The position numbers and the translations under genes are program-made. A DNA stretch of 64,000 bases from Phototrophicaceae bacterium (lineage in GTDB: Bacteria; Chloroflexota; Anaerolineae; Aggregatilineales; Phototrophicaceae): assembly GCA_965205125.1 (NCBI GenBank), contig CBDBFY010000003.1:1240179-1304178 (forward strand), read 5' to 3'. Under the pieces are notes generated by a model. The model was not told the origin of the DNA, did not search any database, and saw only the letters and a program-made list of their open reading frames with translations. How positions within the stretch are numbered: the first letter of the stretch is position 1; every line of letters begins with the position of its first letter. Shown here piece by piece: positions 1-7,319 of this stretch.

Positions 1-75
1 CGCGCTGGATATTTATTTGCTCTTTCGCGTGATCGTGCCGGGTTTGTCGCCTTGACAACAAGCTCAAACGCAGGC

Positions 76-101
76 GGGCGACCCAATGGCTCGCCCCTAC
101 A
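76..101 (-). repeat. REP-like palindromic element, family TGTAGGGGCGAC-loop-GTCGCCC (reverse orientation)
   Basis: gggcgacccaatggctcgcccctaca read directly. The same palindrome family recurs at many intergenic sites in this window. Confidence 0.8.
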
Positions 102-116
102 GCATTCTAAAGCAAT

Positions 117-680
117 CTATTTGCTGACGCGCGTGACGTACGCTTCTTCTTCGAGATTGATCTTGACCACGTCGCCTACGTTGATGAACATCGGCGCGCT
201 GACTTCAAAGCCGCTTTCCAGCTTGATCTTCTTGGTCGGGCTGTTGGCGGTATCACCGGCGACGGCGGCTTCCACCTCGACAACCGCGTATTCCATCGTC
301 TTCGGCAATTCGTAATCGATGATTTCGCCCTCATAGCTGAGCAGTTTGATCGCCATGCTGTCCTTGATGAACTTGAGATCATCGCCGAATATGGCCCGAT
401 TGAGCTGCGGCTGCTCGTATGTCTCCGTATTCATGAAAGTAACGAAGTCATCATCGGCGTAAAGGAATTCGACCGTGTTGGCCTCCACCCGAATATCCTC
501 CACCCGCTCGCCCGAGTTGTAGGTCATCTCAATCGTTGAGCCGCTGCGCAAATCCCGCACGGTCACGCGAATCGTCGCTTTGCCGCGCCCGGGTTTATGA
601 TGGCGGTATTCCATTACGCGATAGAGATTGCCATTCGCGGTGAATGTCGTGCCTTTGCGCAGTTGATTGACGTCTATCAT
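117..680 (-). CDS. efp: Elongation factor P
   Basis: ORF 117..791 trimmed to the ATG at 680 (MIDVNQLRKGTTF...). It has full-length EF-P architecture with the KPGRGKA tip loop. The 5' extension of the ORF overlaps the upstream gene and has no homology logic. Confidence 0.93.
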   Translation of the reverse strand: MIDVNQLRKGTTFTANGNLYRVMEYRHHKPGRGKATIRVTVRDLRSGSTIEMTYNSGERVEDIRVEANTVEFLYADDDFVTFMNTETYEQPQLNRAIFGDDLKFIKDSMAIKLLSYEGEIIDYELPKTMEYAVVEVEAAVAGDTANSPTKKIKLESGFEVSAPMFINVGDVVKINLEEEAYVTRVSK

Positions 681-756
681 CGGAGGTCCTGTCCTCAGCC
701 AGTATCGTTTGCCTAAGCACACCCAAGTATAACAGTGGTGGTCTCCGCCGCGTAGC

Positions 757-1143
757 CTACGATAACAGCAACGCCACCGCCTCCACCTCAATCAGCGCGC
801 CGATAGGCAAGCCGCCCGCCTGCACCGTCGTGCGCGCCGGCGGATCCTGCGGGAAGAACTCGCCGTAGACCGCGTTGAAAGCGGCAAAGTCCTGGATATC
901 GGCGAGGAAGACTGTTGTCTTGACGACCTTATCGAGCCCGCAGCCGGCCGCTTCCAGCACGCCCTTGATATTGTTCATGACTTGGCGCGTTTGCGCCTCG
1001 ATACCGCCGTCGCGAAGATCCGACGTGCCCGGGATGAGCGGGATTTGCCCGGCGGTGAAGACGAAGCCATTGGCGATAATGCCCTGCGAATAAGCGCCGA
1101 CGGCGGCCGGCGCGTTGCTGGTGGAGATGACTTGCTTTGGCAT
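757..1143 (-). CDS. RidA/YjgF/TdcF family reactive-intermediate deaminase
   Basis: 128 aa. Motifs AVGAYSQG, FVFTAGQIP, FLADIQDFAAFNAVYGEFF and PARTTVQAGGLPIGALIEVE are typical of RidA family proteins. Confidence 0.9.
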   Translation of the reverse strand: MPKQVISTSNAPAAVGAYSQGIIANGFVFTAGQIPLIPGTSDLRDGGIEAQTRQVMNNIKGVLEAAGCGLDKVVKTTVFLADIQDFAAFNAVYGEFFPQDPPARTTVQAGGLPIGALIEVEAVALLLS

Positions 1144-1191
1144 GTTCGTATCCTTTATAGCTTGTTGCCGGAGGTAGCTAAGTCTGCATTT

Positions 1192-1599
1192 TTAGTCTGA
1201 AGGCGGAGGCAATCCCGCGTCCACCCAACGTCGTCTCGCGCGGACGGCGCCGCGGCGGTTTATCCGCAAGCGCGACACAGTTGCCCTGCCCAACGCGGAC
1301 AGCCCGACCAGTTGCGTCTTCTCGTCGTCCCAGCGAAAGTGGTCGTTCCAATTTTGATTTCTAGGGTTGAACAAGGCAGTTTCAGGATCAATGGCAGCCA
1401 CAAAGTCGCGCTTGAACATGTTGCAACCGACACATGACAGACACAGATTGCTTAAGGATGTTTTGCCTTCGCGAGACACCGGGATAATATGATCGATTTC
1501 CATTTCGATCACGATAGTTTTTTGTGTCTGGCAGCATTCGCATTGACCTCGCGCCCGTTCAGTAATCTGTTGTCGCAGGCGGGCAGATATCCACGCCAC
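1192..1599 (-). CDS. HNH (His-Me finger) endonuclease, small stand-alone type
   Basis: CECC...DHIIPVSREG...NLCLSCVGCNMFK gives the CxxC / DH / N / CxxC HNH signature. The GTG start lies 3 nt after the stop of the upstream gene. Paralogue at 8225..8647. Confidence 0.85.
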   Translation of the reverse strand: MAWISARLRQQITERARGQCECCQTQKTIVIEMEIDHIIPVSREGKTSLSNLCLSCVGCNMFKRDFVAAIDPETALFNPRNQNWNDHFRWDDEKTQLVGLSALGRATVSRLRINRRGAVRARRRWVDAGLPPPSD

Positions 1600-1602
1600 T
1601 CG

Positions 1603-2007
1603 CTAAGCCCCAAGTTTGAGCAGTTTGTCGATATTGTGCCCGCGCCTTTTCATCTGAAGCAAAGCCTCTGAGCGCAACAGCACCTGATGATCAAACTTAG
1701 CGACCAAGTCCTCCATTTCGACGATCTCTTCCTCAGTGACCTGTCCCAATTGACCAAGCTGCATAAGTTCGCGCAGGCGCGTGTTGTGCGGCCAAGCCAA
1801 GCGCTGATGCACGACAGCTAACAATTGCTCGTCGCCAAAATCTTTCAACGCCTCCGGCTTTAGCGCCATATCAGTCAACTCGCCAAACAGCATAGCCAAG
1901 CTTTCCAGCAGCACGGATTCGGCAGTCCTATTGGTCTCGCCAGCGATTTCTTCCGCGCGCTCATAAATCGCAGCAGGCACTTTCAATTCCTTAGTCGGCT
2001 CTTGCAT
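1603..2007 (-). CDS. Helical protein of unknown function, upstream partner of the HNH nuclease
   Basis: 134 aa, ATG with GGAGG 10 nt upstream. The C-terminal motif DEQLLAVV...RLRELMQLGQLGQVTEEEIVEMEDLV...LLQMKRRG matches the repeat unit of the protein at 8644..9168. Confidence 0.7.
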   Translation of the reverse strand: MQEPTKELKVPAAIYERAEEIAGETNRTAESVLLESLAMLFGELTDMALKPEALKDFGDEQLLAVVHQRLAWPHNTRLRELMQLGQLGQVTEEEIVEMEDLVAKFDHQVLLRSEALLQMKRRGHNIDKLLKLGA

Positions 2008-2069
2008 AAGCCTTTGTCCTCCGCTTCGTCACATTCATTGTAACGGAGCAGCGCCAGCGCAGTTGTCCG

Positions 2070-3368
2070 CTATTTTCCCCGCCGCCCATGACAACGCTTG
2101 AACTTCAGCCCGCTGCCACAAGGGCAGGGATCATTTCGTCCCGCCGCCGCGAAAGCCCGCTCCAACTCGGCATCGTAGCGCGCCAACTCCAGCATCACAT
2201 TCGCCGGCGGTCGCCGCGCCGCCAATTCGCGCGCCATGAAATTCATCGTGGGGCGCACGTGATTGAAGAAGGCGCGATAACCGGCGCAGAGATAATTCAA
2301 GCCGGGCTCGCCAGCGGGGGTCTCAATGAAGCGATTCTTGGGGCAGCCGCCATTGCATACGAACTTCACTTCACAGTCAAGGCAATATTGCGGCAGCGTA
2401 TCGCGCTTGTCTTGGCCAAACTTGATCTGCTCATCCATCACCACGATATCGCTCAGCGGCACGTCCATGATGTTGCCCAATTTGTAATCGGGCTCGACAT
2501 AATGATCGCAGGAGAAGACATCGCCATTATGCTCCATCGCCAGCGCCAGGCCGCAGGTCTCGTCAAAGATGCAGAGCCCGGGCGGCGCGCCCGTCCAGGC
2601 GGCCAGCGCGATATCAAAGATCTGCACGAAGACCTGCCCAACATCGCGGCGCACCCACTCCTCGTACATATCGATCAGGAATTGCCCGTAACCCGCAGCG
2701 GTGATTGAGCGCTCGGTGACCTGGTCGCCCTCTTGATAACCGGTCTCATTATCGCGCTCGACGATGGGAATGAACTGCATGAACTTCGTACCGACTTCAT
2801 CACGCAGAAATTCATAAACGCGCGCGCCCTGCCCCTCGTTGGCGGCGTGCACCGTAGTCAGGATGTTGTATTCGGCGCCGTGCTTCTGCAGCAGCCGCAG
2901 CCCCGCCATCACTTTATCGAAGGTGGGATTGCCGCCCTTGTCCACGCGGTAGAAATCGTGCACATCAGCCGGACCATCGAGGCTGACCCCCAGCAGGAAG
3001 TCGTTGGCGGCGAAGAATTCGCACCATTCGTCATCCAGCGTGACCGCGTTCGTCTGCAGGGCGTTGGTGATGCGCATATGCGGGCGCTTGTGCTTCTGCT
3101 GATAACGGACCGCCTGCCGAAAGAATTCGACGCCCATCAAGGTCGGCTCGCCGCCCTGCCAAGCGAAATTGATGTCGTTGACCTGCTGCGCCTCGATGTA
3201 CTGGCGGATGTATTCTTCGAGCAAATTGTCCGACATGCGGAACTTGCTGCCGGGATAGAGCGCTTCTTTGGAGAGGAAATAGCAGTACTTGCAGTCGAGG
3301 TTGCAGATCGCGCCTCGCGGCTTGGTCATCAGGTGGAAAGCGGTGGGTTGTTGCGTGGTGGTTTGCAT
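2070..3368 (-). CDS. Anaerobic sulfatase-maturating enzyme (radical SAM/SPASM) with C-terminal SEC-C zinc motif
   Basis: ORF 2070..3596 trimmed to the ATG at 3368 (MQTTTQQPTAFHLMTKPRGAICNLDCKYCYF). It carries the CxxxCxxC radical SAM motif, Cys-rich SPASM region (CDHY..., CLDCEVKFVCNGGCPKNR) and terminal CPCGSGLKFKRCHG. Confidence 0.88.
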   Translation of the reverse strand: MQTTTQQPTAFHLMTKPRGAICNLDCKYCYFLSKEALYPGSKFRMSDNLLEEYIRQYIEAQQVNDINFAWQGGEPTLMGVEFFRQAVRYQQKHKRPHMRITNALQTNAVTLDDEWCEFFAANDFLLGVSLDGPADVHDFYRVDKGGNPTFDKVMAGLRLLQKHGAEYNILTTVHAANEGQGARVYEFLRDEVGTKFMQFIPIVERDNETGYQEGDQVTERSITAAGYGQFLIDMYEEWVRRDVGQVFVQIFDIALAAWTGAPPGLCIFDETCGLALAMEHNGDVFSCDHYVEPDYKLGNIMDVPLSDIVVMDEQIKFGQDKRDTLPQYCLDCEVKFVCNGGCPKNRFIETPAGEPGLNYLCAGYRAFFNHVRPTMNFMARELAARRPPANVMLELARYDAELERAFAAAGRNDPCPCGSGLKFKRCHGRRGK

Positions 3369-3392
3369 GGTGGGGAGTATAGCACGTTTTGG

Positions 3393-3427
3393 TTGAACAA
3401 CAGAGGACGCAGAGGGCGCGGAGAAAA
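3393..3427 (-). repeat. CTCYGYG-repeat / GTNAA promoter-like element (family copy A)
   Basis: The reverse complement reads ttttctccgcgccctctgcgtcctctgttgttcaa. It lies 25-60 nt upstream of the anSME start in sense orientation. Confidence 0.45.
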
Positions 3428-3490
3428 GCGGCGTTAGTGCGGATATGTTAGACTTGTGCCAGATTAGACACCACGATAGGAAAGCAACAG

Positions 3491-4540
3491 ATGAGCTTGT
3501 ACGACGAGTTGGCGAAGATTGGTCAACAGGTGAAGAGCCAGTTGCCGCAAATGAAGAATAACGAAAAGGCGACGATAAATGTGTCTGTACTGCCATTTAT
3601 CCGCGCGCTCGGCTACAACACCGAGGATCTCAGCGAAGTCTTTCCCGAGTATTCCATTCTTAATATGGATGCTGTCGACTACGCGGTTCTGCGTAATGAC
3701 GTGCCAGTTATGTTCGTTGAAGCAAAGTCGGCAGGCAACAAACTCCAAAACAAGGAATGGAAGCAACTCTTCCAATATTTCAATGCGGAAATCGGCTTGC
3801 CATTCGGCATCTTGACCAGCAGCGTCGAATACCGCTTTTACACCGATCTCGAAGCGGAAAATATTATGGACAAAGAGCCATTTCTCACCATTGATATGCT
3901 GAAGCTCGACGAGCGGCTGGTGGCCGAATTGGAAGGCTTAACAATGTCCGGCTTTGATCCCGAACGCGTCGTTGACGGTGCGAGGAAACGGGTCCTGGCG
4001 CGACTGTTGAATCAGGAAATGAACAATCCATCGGATGAAATTGCGCGGTACTTCGCGAAACAATTGACGACAAAGCGCTTGTCTTCCAATGAGTTACGAT
4101 ATTACGCGGGGTTGCTCGGTAAGGCTTGGCAAGGGTTGGTTGAGGCGAAGATTGGGCCAGTCCGGCCGATCGCAAATAATGGTGATAATAACCGGCCAAA
4201 GCCTCCGCCTCCACCCCCACCGCGCGAATTCATCCCAGTCTTTGGCTACTATGAAGGACACAAATTCAAAGGGGAACTGCTACGGACAAGTGTCGAAAAT
4301 GGATTGACCATTGCTGGCAATCAAATACGTTATAACGGAAAGACAACACGGCTTAAGGACGCGGCCATCATGGCCATACGTACCGTCGATCCGTCTTTTA
4401 AGCCGAAGAGAACCTATCCTAATGGATTCCAATTCTGGCATGTGGTTGACCCGGCCGATGGAAAGGAACACGAGATAAGATTTGTTTCTGGATGGGATGT
4501 GACGGACGAAGCGCTGCGTCAGCGTGTACTGTCGTCGTAG
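3491..4540 (+). CDS. PD-(D/E)XK nuclease (HsdR N-terminal-like) fused to Pro-rich linker and C-terminal reader-like (RAMA-like) domain, paralogue 1
   Basis: 349 aa. LPFIRALGY...PEYS...DAVDYAVLRNDVPVMFVEAKSAG...FGILTSSVEYRFY gives an E...D...ExK nuclease pattern. A PPPPPPP linker follows. The C-terminus has IPVFGYYEGHKFKGELL...NGFQFWHVVDPADGKEH. Confidence 0.8.
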   Translation: MSLYDELAKIGQQVKSQLPQMKNNEKATINVSVLPFIRALGYNTEDLSEVFPEYSILNMDAVDYAVLRNDVPVMFVEAKSAGNKLQNKEWKQLFQYFNAEIGLPFGILTSSVEYRFYTDLEAENIMDKEPFLTIDMLKLDERLVAELEGLTMSGFDPERVVDGARKRVLARLLNQEMNNPSDEIARYFAKQLTTKRLSSNELRYYAGLLGKAWQGLVEAKIGPVRPIANNGDNNRPKPPPPPPPREFIPVFGYYEGHKFKGELLRTSVENGLTIAGNQIRYNGKTTRLKDAAIMAIRTVDPSFKPKRTYPNGFQFWHVVDPADGKEHEIRFVSGWDVTDEALRQRVLSS

Positions 4541-4554
4541 CAAACTTTCGCCTA

Positions 4555-4589
4555 TCTTTGTGCCCTCCGTGCCAATAAATTAAATCCCC
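4555..4589 (+). repeat. CTCYGYG-repeat promoter-like element (family copy B)
   Basis: tctttgtgccctccgtgccaataaattaaatcccc. Homologous to 6941..6964 and lies upstream of the 4721 gene. Confidence 0.4.
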
Positions 4590-4591
4590 TT

Positions 4592-4614
4592 CCGCAACTT
4601 CGCCGTCACACTCC
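4592..4614 (+). repeat. Copy 1 of rluD 3'-end-like sequence (att-like direct repeat)
   Basis: ccgcaacttcgccgtcacactcc. 20 of 22 nt are identical to the true rluD 3' end at 7323..7344. Confidence 0.7.
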
Positions 4615-4720
4615 AAAAGACCGCCGGCTACTCGCGCGCCCGCGACTCGGAATCGGCAATTCTTCGCCGCTATGTTAAACTTTCGTTACCTTAACGCAGC
4701 AGCAGATCAGGCGATAACCA

Positions 4721-5806
4721 ATGGACCTAAACGAAAAACTGCAAAAGCTATCGGGCGAAGTCGAGTGGAGACTGCCCGCCGCGAAACGGAGCGAGGCAAA
4801 CACAAGTCAATTCCTGGTGATGCCGTTTTTCGACGCTCTCGGATACAACGTGCATAACCCTAAGCACGTCGAGCCTGAGTTCACGGCCGATGTCGGCATC
4901 CAGCGCGAAAAAGTAGACTTCGCGCTCAAGCAAGATGGCAATCCCGTTATACTGGTCGAAGTGAAATACGCGGGCGCAAGTCTTGATAACCAACACGCTG
5001 CACAGCTAAGGCGCTATTTCAGCACCAAGCTGGAAGTTCGCTTTGGCATACTCACTAACGGTCTCGATTTCCGCTTTTTCTCAGATCTCGAGAATCAGAA
5101 TGTCATGGACGACGAGCCATTTCTAACACTTGATTTGCAGAATCTCGATGAATCCTTGCTGCATGTATTGGAACAGTTTTCTAGAACAAGCTTTGAGAAG
5201 AACAACGCGATTCAGGCGGCGCGGTCGGCGAAAGACAGACAACGGGTGCGCCAGGTTATAAGCGCCGAATTTGACCCACTCTCAAAAGGGATCATAGACT
5301 ACCTTGTCGGTATTCTTCAGCCCGGCCGAATGTCGCAGACGCGGCGAAACGAGTTGACACACTTGGTCAAGCAGGAGTGGCGAGAGTTCATTCCTTTGCA
5401 GGGTTCACGAACAGATTCTGAAACTCACGAAGAGCCGCCAGAGCCAGAGCCCGTCAAGGCGGCTCCGACTCCCTCCCTGTTTCCACTTGACGGTTCTGTA
5501 AAGATTCCCATATTCGCGACGTTTAAGGGTCATGAATTCGAAGCAAAGCTGTCTCTATGGGGCTGGATACACCCAGCCGCAGCAATAGTCTTTTATGAGA
5601 ATGAGTGGTTGACGCCTTTGCAGGCGGGCATAAGAACGCGAGTTTCAGTTGATTCAAGCGCTGGATACTATGTTAATGGAATGAAATATTGGCACTTGCG
5701 TGATACAGCAAACGGGAAGTTGCGCCCGATTAACGACCTGAAGAATGACGAAGCACTACTGCGCCGTCTATTGGGCGGTAGCTCAGCAGCCTCCCCAGCA
5801 AAATAA
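4721..5806 (+). CDS. PD-(D/E)XK nuclease (HsdR N-terminal-like) fused to reader-like (RAMA-like) domain, paralogue 2
   Basis: 361 aa. MPFFDALGY...EPEFT...REKVDFALKQDGNPVILVEVKYAG...FGILTNGLDFRFF. The C-terminus has IPIFATFKGHEFEAKLS...NGMKYWHLRDTANGKL. Collinear with the 3491..4540 protein. Confidence 0.8.
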   Translation: MDLNEKLQKLSGEVEWRLPAAKRSEANTSQFLVMPFFDALGYNVHNPKHVEPEFTADVGIQREKVDFALKQDGNPVILVEVKYAGASLDNQHAAQLRRYFSTKLEVRFGILTNGLDFRFFSDLENQNVMDDEPFLTLDLQNLDESLLHVLEQFSRTSFEKNNAIQAARSAKDRQRVRQVISAEFDPLSKGIIDYLVGILQPGRMSQTRRNELTHLVKQEWREFIPLQGSRTDSETHEEPPEPEPVKAAPTPSLFPLDGSVKIPIFATFKGHEFEAKLSLWGWIHPAAAIVFYENEWLTPLQAGIRTRVSVDSSAGYYVNGMKYWHLRDTANGKLRPINDLKNDEALLRRLLGGSSAASPAK

Positions 5807-5869
5807 ACGTAAATCTCGGTACCCTCAGTAATTCCAAGTAAGTAATTGAAATTTGAATATAGTAACTGA

Positions 5870-6924
5870 ATGGAGAAAAAATCGAAATACCACTTGTCCG
5901 AAGTTCAGGTGCAAGTTCTGGAAAGAGCAATGCATAACGATGCTCGTGCTGAGGTGGCTCTGCGCTGCGCTGCTATACGCCAGTTGCATCTTGGCGAGAA
6001 GCCTTCTGATGTCGCCCAGCATTTTGTCGTCTGCAACACTACTGTATATCGATGGTGGAATCTTTATTGCGCAGGAGGAATTGAGGCTCTTAGCAATCGC
6101 TCCAAGTCGGGGCGTCCGCCAAAGACTGATGCGGCATATTGGCAGCGGTTGGAAGAGTTGATCGAGGAGGACCCGCGCGAGCATAACTATGTGTTCGTGG
6201 TTTGGACAACGGGTCGATTGCGGGACCATATGGAAGTTGAAACGGGTATTCGAATCAGTGCGGAATGGCTGCGCGAGCAAATGAAGAAACTGGGCTACGT
6301 CTTCCGGCGTCCCAAGAAGGATTTGCGCCATCTGCAAGATCCGCAGCAACGCGATGCAGCGGACAAATGGCTGAAAGACGCCAAAAAAAAGCCAGTGCCG
6401 CAGAGGATTTCGAGCTTCTCTTTGTGGACGAAAGCACCGTGACACAAGATTTCTCAATTCGCGCATGTTGGATGAAACGCGGAAAACAGAAGCGCCTACC
6501 AGCGCCGCCTGGCGCCAATGCCTTTCACCATGTGATCGGAGCGCTGAACTGGCGCAGCCAACAGGTCGCCTACACCATCGTAAAAACCAAGAACAGCGAG
6601 ACCTTTATCGAGTTTCTTGAATATCTGCTTCATGTCGCCTATCCGCAAGAGCGGGTTGTCCTGGTCATGGACAATGCGCCATGGCATCGCAGCCACGCGG
6701 TACAAGCCATGCTCAGCCTATACGAAAGTCGGGTGCTGGTCATTTGCTTGCCACCTTATTGCCCAATGCTCAATCCCATCGAGCGATTCTGGCGTCATAT
6801 GAAAGACAAAGCCTATGCCAACACCCTATACAAGTCGATGAATGACTTGCTCGAAAAGGTCCAAGAAGTGCTATCAGCACAGAACACAATCGGCCACCCC
6901 TTACGGATGCAATTTGTTGCATGA
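5870..6924 (+). CDS. IS630-family DDE transposase, two frames joined by a -1 frameshift
   Basis: ORF 5870..6442 encodes the HTH part (SDVAQHFVVCNTTVYRWW). ORF 6265..6924 encodes the DDE part (LLFVDES..., VLVMDNAPWH..., LPPYCPMLNPIERFW). The frames differ by -1 and overlap at the A8 run. Confidence 0.85.
6383..6390 (+). other. Slippery A8 run, candidate programmed -1 ribosomal frameshift site of the IS630 transposase
   Basis: gcc aaa aaa aag in frame 0 (DAKKK). A -1 slip gives ...KKASAAEDFELLFVDES, which continues into the DDE domain. Confidence 0.65.
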
Positions 6925-6940
6925 CTTACTTGGTGTTACT

Positions 6941-6964
6941 TCTGTGCCTCTGTGGTGAATCCCC
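6941..6964 (+). repeat. CTCYGYG-repeat promoter-like element (family copy C)
   Basis: tctgtgcctctgtggtgaatcccc, upstream of the 7080 gene. Confidence 0.4.
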
Positions 6965-6969
6965 ACCTA

Positions 6970-6991
6970 CCGCAGCTTCGCCATCACACTC
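6970..6991 (+). repeat. Copy 2 of rluD 3'-end sequence (att-like direct repeat)
   Basis: ccgcagcttcgccatcacactc is identical (22 of 22 nt) to 7323..7344. Confidence 0.8.
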
Positions 6992-7079
6992 GGCGGCGCG
7001 AGACATGATTGACAACCATGCCGCGGCGACCTACAATTGCGACGTATAGTCGCAAGCATGACCCGACGAGGAGAGACGT

Positions 7080-7319
7080 ATGGCAGTTCAAAGCAACGTC
7101 GAAGACGACTTTGTCCACGAGACCGTCAGCCGCCAGGTCGAACAAATTGCAAAACTAGAGGCTAGCCATGAGCATATGGCCAGTAAGGCAGATATTGAAT
7201 CTCTCCGTACTGAGATGGAAAAGCTGAAATCGGACTTGACCTGGAGAATCGTCATCGCCATGAGTATTATGACAGCCATCTTTGCCGCGATTGTTAGACT
7301 GCCGGCAGCAGGTGCATAG
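7080..7319 (+). CDS. Small coiled-coil protein with C-terminal TM helix (DUF1640-like)
   Basis: 79 aa, GAGGAGA 5 nt upstream of the ATG. ASKADIESLRTEMEKLKSDLTWRIVIAMSIMTAIFAAIV resembles DUF1640-type tail-anchored coiled-coil proteins. Confidence 0.6.
   Translation: MAVQSNVEDDFVHETVSRQVEQIAKLEASHEHMASKADIESLRTEMEKLKSDLTWRIVIAMSIMTAIFAAIVRLPAAGA

Larger units (their letters stand above)
5831..6936 (+). mobile_element. IS630-family insertion sequence, apparently intact (1106 bp)
   Basis: Terminal inverted repeats attccaagtaagt (5831-5843) and acttacttggtgt (6924-6936) match at 11 of 13 positions. They are flanked by TA (5829-5830) and TA (6937-6938), as expected for an IS630/Tc1 TA target duplication. 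The element encloses the transposase. Confidence 0.85.

Noticed and set aside
681-791. N-terminal extension of the efp ORF (MRWRRWRCCY...)
   Set aside because: It overlaps the RidA gene end. EF-P homology starts at the internal ATG at 680.
3369-3596. N-terminal 76-aa extension of the anSME ORF, overlapping the start of the 3491 gene
   Set aside because: Radical-SAM homology begins right after the ATG at 3368. The extension is low-complexity and would overlap a divergent gene.
5825-6466. 213-aa minus-strand ORF inside the IS630 element
   Set aside because: It is antisense to the transposase HTH/linker region and has no known IS630 accessory gene logic.
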